Notes: generated by a model not told the origin, from the letters alone. 63,460 nucleotides of DNA, filler included, from Octopus bimaculoides (GCF_001194135.2; 6 parts of 5 records of this genome joined end to end with filler, not necessarily neighbours in it); one strand, 5' to 3'; positions 1 through 13,547 are shown, numbered from the whole stretch's first letter. Numbers and translations are program-made.

Positions 1-47
1 GCAATTGCACACGATCGGCTAGTTGCCGCCATTTCTTCTGTACGTGC

Positions 48-190
48 CTTCTTCTTCTTCTTCTTCTTCTTCTTCTACTTCTACTTCTTCTTCTTCTTCT
101 TCTTCTTTCTGTCTTTCTTTTGGGTTTTGCTATTTTTTTTTCTTTCTTGTGGTACTGCAGTTAAGTCTGCCGTTATTCTCGTTACTAATG

Positions 191-261
<71 letters not shown>

Positions 262-315
262 CTTCTTCTTCTTCTTCTTCTTCTTCTTCTTTTTCTTCTT
301 CTTCTTCTTCTCCTC
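48..315. repeat. Compound trinucleotide microsatellites (TTC, GCT, GTT, CTT)
   Basis: Direct inspection. Confidence 0.95.
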
Positions 316-2078
316 GTTCTTTTTCATTATTTTCTTTTCGTTTTCATTTTCTTTAGTTTTCTGGCTATTATTTTTTTTTTTTTAGTTTTGTTTCTTTATT
401 CTTCATTCTATTTCAGTCTTTATTTCCCCTCCTTCTATATTCTTCATATATATTCTTCTAACGTGTTCATCAAAATTTCTTCATTCTTCTAATTTCTTCG
501 TTCAATTTCTCCCTTCTTTCTTTTGTTCGTTCTCATGTTCTTATTCTGTATTCTCCTCTGCAATTCATGATAATTTTTCCATCTTGTTATACCCGCCAAC
601 TTCATTTTCATTTTCCGTTTTATTTTTAATTAGCTTCCATATTCTGTTTATTTCGTCTACTTTATTCTTCCTCCTTCGTCCAATTTCTTCTCATTTTTAT
701 TTTTATTTCTACTTATTTCTATATTTTCTCACAATTATTGTACAATATTATTTTGTCTTCACAGTATTTCTTTTATCCGATTTCGTAATTCTTCTCAATA
801 CTTTATTTCATTTTCCCACTTCACACTCCTTATAATTATGTCTTTGACTTATCTTGGTCTTCCATTTCCATCCATGAATAATCCCTTTTTTCTTCTTGAC
901 GAACGATCGCAATCCGAAACGTAAAAAAATCTGTTGTTGTTTTTTTTTACTTATTATACAAACACAACACACCAACGTTATTTATTGCATGAGCTTTTAG
1001 AGCGGTTCAGAATATCAAAGCCTCTTTTCAAGGTGTAAGCTGAACTGCTAGAAATATAAGAAACGCTCATTGCGTAAACACTGTTTAGGTTACTGGAGCT
1101 AGCGGAACACTGAACCACTGAAGCAGCAGAGAAAGCTCTTAAATTGCTTTAGATAAAGAGGGTAGGCCCGTGAATTGTTATCTCTAAAATGTTCGCCAGG
1201 AGTTGGTCAATCTCAATTGGATCAAGTGGCTAAGCAGTTCTGATAATGAAAGGCATGAAACTGCCTATTCCCCAGGGATATCTCTGATGATGCATCTCGT
1301 ACCTTCCAAGAGATGCATCGTCAAACGCAAACTTATTCTAGTTTTAGGTAACGTTTTCATTTTTATTGTTTTTATCATAGTGTCTACTCTCTTTTAATTT
1401 CTGTTTTATTTCCACTCTCTTATTTATACAAACATGAAATCAGTTCAAATAGGTTTCAGACATATTTGAATCTGTAGTCATTTTTTTAAATCTGTAGTCA
1501 TTTTTTTTAATCTGTAGTCTTCAGACAAAAAGATGTTAAAGTACCATAGTCTGAGGTTTGTACACTCTCTGTTACTGCTTTGCGTATCTACTCACGTATT
1601 TGTTCTAGCCTAGTAGACTATGCGCACAATAAGTAAATAATATTTACTGGTGCATAATGAATCAAGCTTCACTTCGTAATCAAATCAAAGTTACTTCTCT
1701 GGATATCTGGTACTGAAGAGAATAAAGGATTTCGAAATGCATCGACTAGCCCGGTATAGAGCGCTTTGAGCTGACAATAGTGTTTTAATACGTTATTTTT
1801 ACTTTTGTTTCAAACGAAAACTTCTTTTTCTACGAAATAAACTGAAGTGAGAAACCTTCACAGGATCAGAAGACGGATTGTATATTTCCATCAGCGCTCG
1901 GCACCTCTACTCATGTGTTGTCTTTATATTCTGACTTAAGTCTTCGTCAAAATAATATTTCTGAGTCTAGTTTGCTTCTTCATCTATATTACAAATGATG
2001 TTTCTTCATTCTCAATCATCGGTTTCAAGATTTTAGTCTTAGTTTCTTCACGTATTTTCTATCTTTCTACTTCCATGT

Positions 2079-2304
2079 CATCATCATCATCGTCGTCGTC
2101 GTCGTCGTCGTCGTCGTCATCGTCTTCTTCTTCTTCTTCTTCTTCTTCTTCTTCTTCTTCTTCTTCTTCTTCTTCTTCTTCTTCTTCTTCTTCTTCTTCT
2201 TCTTCTTCTTCAGCGGCATCCAATTCTTACGTCCTCCCTCTTTCCCTCCTCCTACACCCTCTCTCTCTATTTTCTCGTTAGAACACCTGCTTTCTTTCCT
2301 TCTC

Positions 2305-2345
<41 letters not shown>
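2079..2345. repeat. (TCA/TCG/TCT)n and (CT)n microsatellites
   Basis: Direct inspection. Confidence 0.95.
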
Positions 2346-2349
<4 letters not shown>

Positions 2350-2649
2350 CCCTCTCTACTACAAATTATAAAATCCACCTTCTATATTGTGATTCTTTCT
2401 ATCGATCGTATCATAGCTTCATCGATATCATAGCTTCATTGATATTTTTCTCATACCATCTACCAATCTTCATTCTTCATCTTTATGTTTTTAACTATTT
2501 TTACACCATTCATTTTCATAATCGCCATTTTATTCCCGGCTCATTTTCTATCTTCACCACTATTTTCTACCCCTCCATCGTTTTTCTTTTATTACCAATT
2601 TTCTTTTTCGCTGCTATTTTACTTCTTTTAATATTATTTTCCTCCCTTA

Positions 2650-2878
2650 AGGTGGTGAACTGGCAGAATTGATAGCACGCCGAACGAAATGCTTAGGGGC
2701 ATTTCGTCCGTCTTCACATTTTGAGTTCAAATTCCGACGAGGTTGACTTTGTCTTTAGGGATCGATAGGGATCTTTTAGGGATCGATAAAATAAGTACCA
2801 GCTGAGTACTGAGGCGTCGATGTCATCAGCTTGCCTCTACCCTGAAATTGCAGGCCTTGTGCCAACATTTGAAGTCGT
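2650..2878 (+). mobile_element. tRNA-derived SINE, family C
   Basis: ggtgaactggcagaattgatagcacgccg...ttgagttcaaattcc (box A/B-like) ...gataaaataagtaccag; homologous to the copies at 41026, 44998, 53810 and 35180. Confidence 0.85.
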
Positions 2879-3339
2879 TATTAATTTCCTCTTTCATAGT
2901 TATTTTCTTCTTCACCGTTGTTAATCTTATTCTCCACAATTCTTCGCGTACATTGTTGAAATTCATTAGAATTTCAACGACATCAACAACGTATTTTTAT
3001 ATGTATGTGTGTATGCATGTATGTATATGTGCAGGTTTGTATGTTTTGTTTTATGTAATGTATTCTCATGCATATATTTGCATATCAAGACATGCTCACA
3101 TATACTAAAATAATAAACTTCTGGAAAATTTTACAGTTTTTTACAGTTTCAGTGATGGATTGGATCTGTAGTATTGCCCGGGCGCCAACTATGCTGTTAA
3201 GACCGCTCAACACACACACACACACACGTACACGCGCGCGCTTTTATCCTTCTTATATACTTCGGTTTTGAAAAAGGTTGACATTTGATTATAATACATT
3301 AACGTTAATCTTGAAACATGTAACATTCTGTATCGTCTG

Positions 3340-3900
3340 CATCAGATCAGATCTGGAATGGGAGCATGCGTCGTTGCAGCGCGTTGCCGTATCCATCATT
3401 TGTTGGTATCTTTTCGGAATATCCCGGGAAACCCTTCGGGCCGTCTCCCGGTTGGTCTCCATCACTGCGAGATATATCTCAACTCTCCGTGTTTATCTGG
3501 CTTGTGGCCGACCAACTCGAGCCGTCATTTCAGCAGGATTTTCAAAGAAAAGAACGCGATACGTAGGATCCAGCTCGGAAAATCGAGCGACATGACCGAA
3601 ACAGGCTGAGCAGACGATCTTGAATCATACAAGTAAGAGGACGCATCCCAGTTTCTGATTATAGTCGTCCGTTGGATACAAAATCCAATCAACTGTAATC
3701 CACAATCCTGCGAAGAGGTCCTGGTACCAAAAGGATTTCAGTCAGTTCCTAAGGGTCCTGAAGCGTCTCCAAGCCTCGAAACTATAAAGGAAGGGACAGT
3801 GACCTTAAGATTCAAACCTTTGTGTTCTTACTTAGAAGAAAGTAGCGTCAAACCTCCTTGTCCAGTGAGTCAACAACTGCTCTAGCACGTCAAAGTCTTT
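3340..3900 (-). mobile_element. Decayed non-LTR retrotransposon (RTE-like) ORF2 3' end
   Basis: Minus-strand translation gives FLYSFEAW and FGHVARFSELDPTYRVL...GRPQ...MDTATRCNDACSHS, typical LINE ORF2 C-terminal motifs, with stops and frameshifts; short gatct-repeat tail. Confidence 0.7.
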
Positions 3901-5200
3901 TTACGACTTCGGACTCGCAGTTGATGCTACTATGACTCATTCTACCCAGATAAATTAAGCGATCACCAACGTCGACGTTCTCCTCCGCAACAGAAACAAA
4001 TGAAATTTACTCACCCGAGAAGCCAACATTATCCAACATTATATAACTGGCCCCGTGCCGTCAAAAATGACGGCTAAGTGTAGTATTTTATATATAAATA
4101 AGTACAAAACCTGGTTTTTAGTTTAATAATTATTTTATTACCAGATATATAATATATTTTTCAACTGCAGTCGTTTTATATTCTCGATACACTCAGGCAA
4201 TAATTATTTTCTATAATGAGCTTGTATATGAATATGTTTGTGTAGGTGTGTGTGATTGTAATAATTATTTCTAACAAAACAAATAGAATATGGATGGTAA
4301 ATCAAATTAATACACTTGTCAATGTTATCTAGTGGTTGTCTTTTGAAATGTGACATCGATCATCGGTTGTTACTGAAAGAACACTGGTTCACACATACAT
4401 TTACACCCTTCCCTTCTACACAAAAACACTTACACATATATACTCACACAGAGTTGAAAGGCTGCTTGATTTTTCTTTTCAGCGTTGAATGTTCACCATC
4501 TCACTTCTATCGCACATACGCACACACAAATATTCACATACTTCCCTTGTACATACACACATATACTCACACAAAGTTGAAACGTTGTTTGATTTTTTTT
4601 CCACCGTAGAATTTCCATCATCCTACTACCAACTTTGCCATCACCCCTTCCTTCTTTATTCAATCTATCACCCCTTGCTTTCTCATTCATATGTTGTGAC
4701 GGAGAAAACACAAGTATATTATTATAGTAGATATTATGAAAACTCTGTAAAACCGGACTGTCCAATAATTAATTCTCTCTGCTAAGGCTTTAATATATTC
4801 CTCGATATAATCCCTTTCATATTTCCCTAAAGTAAAGTATGTAACCCCGATGTTTTCGCGCCACATCGCCTTTAATTGTCATTGAAATATTCTGGACTAC
4901 TATCGATATATTTACTAATTCCGTGAAGATATTTATCCTTTATAAATATATTTGGCATTTAATTAATTATTTATCTTTCCATTTATCTATTTACTTAGAC
5001 GTTAAGTAATCCATCATATTTAATTTACACGCACTCCACTATTCTGGTAGCATGATATAATATCGTTATTTATGTAAATTTTTTCTTCATATTTAAATTA
5101 GCATGCACGTACCCCCACCGCAGACACTCACAGGGAAACACGCGCGACATGCGCTTAATTCCGTGTGTGTACACGGAATTTTCATTCTTTCATACATACA

Positions 5201-5234
<34 letters not shown>

Positions 5235-5393
5235 CATACATATATATATGTATTTTTACTAAAGCCGAAAAAAATCTTTATAAACTGTTACTTGGAGTTT
5301 CACGTTACCGTTCGTCGGACAGTTGTGACCATGCTAAAGATTTTGGTTCACGGAAACTGAAACAATCTCATCATATGTGCATTTATGTACATG

Positions 5394-5657
5394 CTGAGAC
5401 CCTCTTCGGTCATGACTGACCATGGGATTGCACCTAGAAAGTTATCCTCGCAGGCACAAGTCCGGGCAAGGTTGTTTTATGGAAGACCAACAGTCATCCA
5501 TGCATACCGGCCTCCCCTCTCCATGCCACCAGTGTTATCCAAGGGAAAGGCAAAGGCTGATACAGCTTGGCACCTGTGACGTCGCAACTCATTTCTACAC
5601 CTGAGTGAACTGGAATAAAGTGCCTTGCTCAAGAACACAACACGCAGCCCAGTCCGG
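5394..5657 (-). mobile_element. SINE family E (5'-truncated)
   Basis: Reverse complement of the copy at 14200-14531 (cttgagcaag(g/a)cac...ctttgcctttccctt...tttctaggtgcaatcccatggtca). Confidence 0.8.
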
Positions 5658-5708
5658 TCTGTGTTTTGTTAAATTTTTCAAATATATGTATATATATATA
5701 TATATATA

Positions 5709-6062
5709 TAGGAGTGGATGTGTGGTAAGTAGGCGTAGGAGTTGGTATGTGGTAAGTAGGCTCAGGCGTGGCTGTGTNNNNNNNNNNNNNNNNNNNNNNN
5801 NNNNNNNNNNNNNNNNNNNNNNNNNNNNNNNNNNNNNNNNNNNNNNNNNNNNNNNNNNNNNNNNNNNNNNNNNNNNNNNNNNNNNNNNNNNNNNNNNNNN
5901 NNNNNNNNNNNNNNNNNNNNNNNNNNNNNNNNNNNNNNNNNNNNNNNNNNNNNNNNNNNNNNNNNNNNNNNNNNNNNNNNNNNNNNNNNNNNNNNNNNNN
6001 NNNNNNNNNNNNNNNNNNNNNNNNNNNNNNNNNNNNTGTGTGTGTGTATATGTGTGTGTGTA

Positions 6063-6093
<31 letters not shown>

Positions 6094-6306
6094 CTGTGTT
6101 TGTCCTGACCACCATCGCTTGACAACCAATGTTGGTGTGTCTACGTCCCTATAACTTATCAGTTCAGTAAAAGAAACCGATAAAATAATTATTAGGTTTA
6201 CAAAGAATAAGTCCTCGGGTCGACTTGTTCAACTAAAAAGCGGTGCTCCAGAATGGTCACAGTCGAATGACTGAAACAAAATTAAAGTATAAAATAATTA
6301 AAGAAT
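5709..6306 (+). mobile_element. SINE family A (tandemly triplicated head, gap, microsatellite, tail)
   Basis: Head ggagtgg(c/a)tgtgtggtaagt repeated; tail catcgcttgacaacc...gcggtgctccag...aatgactgaaaca matches 19765-19947. Confidence 0.75.
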
Positions 6307-6458
6307 ATCCATTTTTATATTTTTATACACTCATTAGTCAGATGGATGTTCTTATAGTTTCTTCCTTTGATCGTAACTTATGTGTTATTTGAGTTTCCCT
6401 TGTATTAAGGCAATCCTTTGTTGAGCAATGCTTAACTTCAGTCAAAGCGAAGATGAAA

Positions 6459-6605
6459 TGCGGTGAGCTGGCAGAATCGTTAGCACGTCATAAAAAAATG
6501 TTTAGCATTGTTTCTACCCAGCTTTACGTTCTAACTGGGGTCGATGTAATAGACTAGCCCTTTCTCCAAAACCTTAGGTTTTGTACTTATTAAAGCGAAA
6601 ACCAT
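6459..6605 (+). mobile_element. SINE family C, internally deleted
   Basis: gcggtgagctggcagaatcgttagcacg...actggggtcgat. Confidence 0.65.
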
Positions 6606-7164
6606 ATTGATAGCGGAATACGGGATTTTATTATCCAGTTGCTATCTTCACCAGTAATTGTTGATCTTTTCTTACAGTTGCCCTCTGAGGAATCGTACGT
6701 GTTCGGAAACTCAAGAGTACTGCTAATGGATTCAGAAACTCTCTCACACACACACACACACACGTATATATATATATATATATATATATNNNNNNNNNNG
6801 CGTCATACTAATACATCCTTTTGTTATTTACACCACCTGTCCTCGTCTGTTGTTGTTTTTTCGTATATTCTCCCATATATATATATATATATATATAAAA
6901 ACGTGTGTATATATATATATATATACAAACACTTACGCACACATGTAAGAATATGTACGATAGAAAGCAGCCAATACATTTTCATGAGGTGACAGAAAGA
7001 AAAAGAACAAAAAAAAAATCAAAAACGAAGAACAAAATGTATGCAGCGTATTCTGCTCTCTTCGTCAGATCTTTGCAAAAATTCATCGATCTCGCTTATT
7101 TTCCAGAACATTCGATTATTACACGAGTCACAGGTTCAAATCGATAAACCGAGAAAACACGATA

Positions 7165-7260
7165 GAAATAATAATAATAATAATGATAATAATAATAATT
7201 ATAATAATAATAATAATGATAATAATGATAATGATAATAATAATAATAATGATAATAATG

Positions 7261-7306
<46 letters not shown>

Positions 7307-7425
7307 TAATAATAATAATAGTGAAATAAAAATAATAATGGCTATGATGAAATAAAAAGCCATAAAATAAAAGTAGAAATTAATCCTCATTACTACTACT
7401 AACACTGCAACTACTACTACTAGTA

Positions 7426-7511
<86 letters not shown>

Positions 7512-7580
7512 AAGAAGAAGAAGAAGAAGAAGAAGAAGAAGAAGAAGAAGAAGAAGAAGAAGAAGAAGAAGAAGAATGAT
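7165..7580. repeat. (AAT)n to (AAG)n compound microsatellite
   Basis: Direct inspection. Confidence 0.95.
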
Positions 7581-7779
7581 ACTATTAAACAACCACAGGC
7601 ATCGGCATCATCATCGTTACCGACAAAGTTACACACTTAGGAGAATGTGTATGTGTTAAAAAGAAAGAAGAAAAGAAAGAGTAGCACGAATTCAATGGGA
7701 GAGTGAAAAAGAGGATACGCAGAGAAAAGGAGAAAAAAGGATAGTGACTGCTGAGAAAGAAATGGGGAGATGAGAGAGA

Positions 7780-7782
7780 GGT

Positions 7783-7814
<32 letters not shown>

Positions 7815-8373
7815 AAGAGAGAGAAGGTAAGACGGAGTAATAAATAGGAAAGCACAGGGATGGGACATAAAAAAAAATATACAAGTTGGAATTAAGGTTA
7901 ATAAAAAATAAAAATACACGCACATACACCCGTATAAACGTAAAAGTACACACACACACACAGACACACAAAAATATATGCATAATGTATATACACGTAT
8001 ATGTATATATGCATATCTATGTAAACTTATATATATATGCTTAGAGACATATGTATATACATATAGATATATATGTATGTATGCATATAGTTGTATGTAT
8101 ATATATATATATAAGANNNNNNNNNNNNNNNNNNNNNNNNNNNNNNNNNNNNNNNNNNNNNNNNNNNNNNNNNNNNNNNNNNNNNNNNNNNNNNNNNNNN
8201 NNNNNNNNNNNNNNNNNNNNNNNNNNNNNNNNNNNNNNNNNNNNNNNNNNNNNNNNNNNNNNNNNNNNNNNNNNNNNNNNNNNNNNNNNNNNNNNNNNNN
8301 NNNNNNNNNNNNNNNNNNNNNNNNNNNNNNNNNNNNNNNNNNNNNNNNNNNNNNNNNNNNNNNNNNNNNNNNN

Positions 8374-8414
<41 letters not shown>

Positions 8415-8679
8415 ATGTATATATACACGTGTGTGTGCTTGTGAGTGTATGTGTGTGTGTGTGTATGAGCGTGTGTGTGTGTGTATCGACGTTTGTATGT
8501 TCTTTCAATATCTCTCCGTCGCCACTCTGTTTGCCTTTGACTCTCCCTCTCTCTCTCCTATCTTTTCTTTGCCTTCTTTTATTCTAGAAGTACACATACA
8601 CACATACACACACACATATATATATATACATACACATACACACACATACATATATATACATACATCTATATATATATAC

Positions 8680-8710
<31 letters not shown>

Positions 8711-9588
8711 CACACACATATATATACACACACACAGGCACAAATACATATATATATATATATATGTATATATAGATATATATATATATAGATAGATAGA
8801 TAGATATACAGAGAAAAGGATAAACATTGATTGGCGAGAATATGCATGTATATATACATCAATGTAAATACGACTATACATGTATGAATACATNNNNNNN
8901 NNNNNNNNNNNNNNNNNNNNNNNNNNNNNNNNNNNNNNNNNNNNNNNNNNNNNNNNNNNNNNNNNNNNNNNNNNNNNNNNNNNNNNNNNNNNNNNNNNNN
9001 NNNNNNNNNNNNNNNNNNNNNNNNNNNNNNNNNNNNNNNNNNNNNNNNNNNNNNNNNNNNNNNNNNNNNNNNNNNNNNNNNNNNNNNNNNNNNNNNNNNN
9101 NNNNNNNNNNNNNNNNNNNNNNNNNNNNNNNNNNNNNNNNNNNNNNNNNNNNNNNNNNNNNNNNNNNNNNNNNNNNNNNNNNNNNNNNNNNNNNNNNNNN
9201 NNNNNNNNNNNNNNNNNNNNNNNNNNNNNNNNNNNNNNNNNNNNNNNNNNNNNNNNNNNNNNNNNNNNNNNNNNNNNNNNNNNNNNNNNNNNNNNNNNNN
9301 NNNNNNNNNNNNNNNNNNNNNNNNNNNNNNNNNNNNNNNNNNNNNNNNNNNNNNNNNNNNNNNNNNNNNNNNNNNNNNNNNNNNNNNNNNNNNNNNNNNN
9401 NNNNNNNNNNNNNNNNNNNNNNNNNNNNNNNNNNNNTATATATATACATATATACATATATCGGTAAAGAACTTACCCTTTTATTTGTTATATATACATA
9501 TATATACTTGTATATATAATCATGTATTGACAAATACATATGTACCTATATACATATGCATATATCCTTATATACATATATGCATCAT

Positions 9589-9640
<52 letters not shown>

Positions 9641-9720
9641 TGTGTATTTATATATGTAAAATTATATATAGAAACCAATAAACACACACACAGATATGTG
9701 TGTGTTTCTGTGTTGGTGTG
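7780..9720. repeat. GA/TA/CA/GATA simple-repeat field with gaps
   Basis: Direct inspection. Confidence 0.9.
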
Positions 9721-10064
9721 TCTCTGTCTGTGTGTGCTCTGCAGGCGTTTATGCATGTGGGTAAGCATGCGAGTGGCCTGTGAATGTTGTATGCAAAAGC
9801 ATCAAAGTTAATGTAAATATATATTCAGGCTAATATATAATGACAATAATGATTAATATTGCAACATTAACCACAACCACCTATAACATCACTAATATAA
9901 GCAATACATGCTGTAAATACAATTATGCTCCGATACATAATTTATATTAAGATTACTATAACAAAAGAAAAAAAAATGTGTAATTAAATTTCCTGACAAA
10001 AAATAAGATTAAATGAAAAAAAAAAACTGTTATTAGAACAATAGCCGTCTTATAATTTTATCTT

Positions 10065-10376
10065 TTGTTTGTTTCATTCATTGGACTGCGGCCATGCTCC
10101 GACACCCTACTGTAAGATTTTAATCGGACGATCCGACCCGAGTATTTATTTTTTCAGTTTGTTTTATTTTATATGATTTTATTTTTGTCTGGTATTTATT
10201 CCATCGTGGTGTTTTGCCGAACTTTTAAGTTACGGTAATGTAAACAAGCGTTCTCAGATCGAAACCCAGCGAGTTAAAGCGCTGGTGTACGACAAACACA
10301 GGCAGAGTGACACATGTCACACATGCACATGTGTATACTCACACACAAACACACACGCCCACACGACGGATACACA

Positions 10377-10413
<37 letters not shown>

Positions 10414-10575
10414 GTATTCCACAAAGTTTCCGTCAACCATATTCACTCGCAAGGCATTAGTCGGCCCGGGGCTAAAGTAGAAGATGCTCGTTCAAGGTGC
10501 CGAGCGGTAAGACTGAACTCAAAACCACGTGGCTAACAGTCAACCTTTTAAACCATACCACTATGCTTTGGCCTA
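10065..10575 (-). mobile_element. SINE family A, diverged full-length copy
   Basis: Tail (gactgcggccatgctcc) 10065-10320, CA/TA microsatellite, head (agtttccgtc...aaggtgcc...gactgaac...aaccac) 10409-10575. Confidence 0.65.
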
Positions 10576-10946
10576 GATCTGTCACTTATTTCTAACCCGA
10601 AATACTTCGTTCATGATGTTATTCTCGTTTTCTATCATTAACTGCCAGTAACTATCATTTCTGTCAGTAAGTTCATAATAAATCATAAATGATCCAAAAT
10701 AATTTGTGTACTTATTCTTCCTTATATACAGGTTCAAACTAAAAAAAAATATATATACAATGTTTTGAATGGAAATTGTAAAAAAAAATGTGTATGTTAA
10801 GAGGTTAAATGATATTTCTAACTGTTCGAAGAACGAAGGGCTCTCATTTCAGGTGAGTATAATAAGAGGGTAATATATGGTCGCTATCATGGTCATGTAT
10901 TTCATTCTTCTACGAAGCTTTACTTATTCATTTATCTATCTTCAAC

Positions 10947-11100
10947 TTGTTTCAATAATTAGACTGCGGCCATGGTGAGGCACCGCCTTTAAGTACTGAG
11001 GTCGATTTGTTCGACCGATAGTTGAATCGACCGAGCCCAGTGCTTATTCTAACGATTTATCTTGTTGATGCACTAAGTCAGATGAAGAAACTAGCATCGG
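10947..11100 (-). mobile_element. SINE family A tail fragment
   Basis: tgtttcaataattagactgcggccatggtgaggcaccgcc matches the reverse complement of the family A tail. Confidence 0.6.
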
Positions 11101-11101
11101 T

Positions 11102-11146
<45 letters not shown>

Positions 11147-11364
11147 ATATATANNNNNNNNNNNNNNNNNNNNNNNNNNNNNNNNNNNNNNNNNNNNNNN
11201 NNNNNNNNNNNNNNNNNNNNNNNNNNNNNNNNNNNNNNNNNNNNNNNNNNNNNNNNNNNNNNNNNNNNNNNNNNNNNNNNNNNNNNNNNNNNNNNNNNNN
11301 NNNNNNNNNNNNNNNNNNNNNNNNNNNNNNNNNNNNNNNNNNNNNNNNNNNNNNNNNNNNNNNN

Positions 11365-11408
<44 letters not shown>

Positions 11409-11438
11409 GGTTGTGTCCGGGGAGAGTCATTTTCTTTT

Positions 11439-11645
11439 TGTGCCTTGTAATTTAACACACTTACCTGTAAAATTTCCACTTATTCCTTATTTTTTGTTTC
11501 CTAAAATTTTCTTTGCAACCTTTTCAATAGTCTTGACTCTTATTCAAGACTACTGAAAAGGTTCCAAGACGCAACGAAAATTTTAGGAAAATAAAAATAA
11601 TGAATAAGTGGAAATTTTAGTTGAGAGTGTGTTAAATTACAAAGC

Positions 11646-11648
<3 letters not shown>
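11439..11648. mobile_element. Foldback/MITE-like palindrome
   Basis: Arms of about 100 bp (tgtgccttgtaatttaacacac...tagtcttga / tcaagacta...gtgtgttaaattacaaagcaca) around a 7-nt loop (11537-11543). Confidence 0.8.
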
Positions 11649-11724
<76 letters not shown>

Positions 11725-11782
11725 TGTGTGTGTTTGTATATATGTATAAATCATTGTCTTTGTGCATATGCCCCTCACCCTC

Positions 11783-11898
11783 CTCTTTACAACCGGTGTT
11801 GCTTTGTTTACGTCCCTGTTACTCAGCGATTCGACGTGAGATAACTCTAGAATAAATACCAGACCTAAACAATAAGTACTGGGTTCGATTTAACTATA
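11783..11898 (+). mobile_element. SINE family A tail fragment
   Basis: acaaccggtgttgctttgtttacgtccc...agaataaatacc...aagtactggg. Confidence 0.55.
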
Positions 11899-12312
11899 CA
11901 ATTATGCCTACACATGTAAAAAGAAATAATAATAATAAATAAATAAAAGACATCCAACCGAATACCACAAGCGAGAACTCAGAACATAGAGATACGAAAT
12001 AAAAAATTGTACTAAGTTAGAGAAACATGCAACGACTGATCTATTCAACTTCTCTGACCATCTTAGAGCTGGAAATATATAACAACACCAGAAAACAATC
12101 ACATGACCTAGAGAATACAAACGCATGATGCCACATGACAATATTGCGTATAAACGAACTCAGTCGGGAAAAACCGAACGAAGTCGAAATGTGCCGCTTT
12201 CAATCGAATCATTATCCATCTTGTACAATCCCAGGGGTTTCACCGCAATCATCTGCTTTTCATCGATTGTGATCGATTTTCGTTCGGCAGCAGCAGTAGT
12301 AGTAGCAGAAGC

Positions 12313-12412
<100 letters not shown>

Positions 12413-12512
12413 CGTCGTTATTGCTATTTATGCTAAAGGTGGAGACAGTCTCACGGTTTGTTGGTCGTTTATCATGGTTATGTTTGTGGTTGCTGTTGTG
12501 ATTGTCTTCATC

Positions 12513-12612
12513 NNNNNNNNNNNNNNNNNNNNNNNNNNNNNNNNNNNNNNNNNNNNTTAATTAATTAANNNNNNNNNNNNNNNNNNNNNNNNNNNNNNNN
12601 NNNNNNNNNNNN
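12513..12612. other. Assembly join linker (44N + TTAATTAATTAA + 44N)
   Basis: Identical 100-bp construct also at 39805-39904, 43224-43323, 60471-60570 and 62093-62192. Confidence 0.95.
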
Positions 12613-12674
<62 letters not shown>

Positions 12675-12679
12675 CATAT

Positions 12680-12843
12680 ACGACAGGCTGTTTTCAGTTT
12701 CCGTCTATCAAATCCACTCACAAGGCTTTGGTCGGCCTGAGGCTTTAGTAGAAGACACTTGCCCAAGATGCCACGCAGTAGGGCTGAACCCGGAACCATG
12801 TGATTGGGAAGCAAGCTCCTTACCACACAGCCACGCTGCGCCT
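12680..12843 (-). mobile_element. SINE family A head
   Basis: ttcagtttccgtctatcaaatccactcacaaggctttggtcggcc...cttaccacacagccac. Confidence 0.85.
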
Positions 12844-13082
12844 GATTGCAGCGTGGAAGATATTTGTAAGCCATTCAACAACACACAAAAACCATTCGTT
12901 TCACTTCAAGTTAATTTAATTTTCACTTGCGTCAAAATATTTTCGTCGCTTTGAACTGCAACCTGTTCACTGACAAAACTTGGCGTTACATCTGAAGGAG
13001 AAACAATTAGTTCATGATATATATATATATACATATGTGTGTGTTTATGTATGCATGTATGTATGTGTGTATGTAGGTATGG

Positions 13083-13461
13083 TGGAGACGCAATGGCCCA
13101 GTGGTTAGGGCAGCGGACTCGAGGTCTTAGGACCGCGGTTTCGATTCCCAGACCGGGCGTTGTGAGTGTTTATTGAGCGAAAACACCTAAAGCTCCACGA
13201 GGCTCCGGCAGAGGATGGTGGCGAACCCTGCTGTACCCTTTCACCACAACTTTCTCTCACTCTTTCTTCCTGTTTTGTTGTACCTGTATTTCAAAGGGCC
13301 AGCCTTATCACACTCTCTGTCACTCTGAATCTCCCCGAGAACTACGTTAAGGGTACACGTGTCTGTGGAGTGCTCAGCCACTTGCACGTTAATTTCACGA
13401 GCAGGCTGTTCCGTTGATCGGATCAATTGGAACCCTCGTCGTCGTAACCGACGGAGTGCCA
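13083..13461 (+). mobile_element. tRNA-derived SINE family B, full length
   Basis: ggagacgcaatggcccagtggttaggg (box A) ...ggtttcgattccc (box B) ...gacggagtgcc; near-identical reverse copies at 17938 and 37801. Confidence 0.9.
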
Positions 13462-13547
13462 TCTATATGTATGTATGTATGATTGTATGTGTGCATGTAT
13501 TGTGTATGTATTTATGTAGTTAAAGCTCATTTGGAAGCTACGTGTTT

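Noticed and set aside
4434-4619. Small local duplications (also 1469-1519, 21713-21760, 43975-44010)
   Set aside because: Two or three copy slippage duplications with no further structure; ordinary for this genome.
12557-12568. TTAATTAATTAA as a biological motif
   Set aside because: Always centred in exactly 44+44 Ns; a synthetic linker.
13083-13160. tRNA gene calls for SINE heads (also 14200, 19560, 41026)
   Set aside because: Box A/B are present but continue into multi-copy SINE bodies with no complete cloverleaf or terminator.
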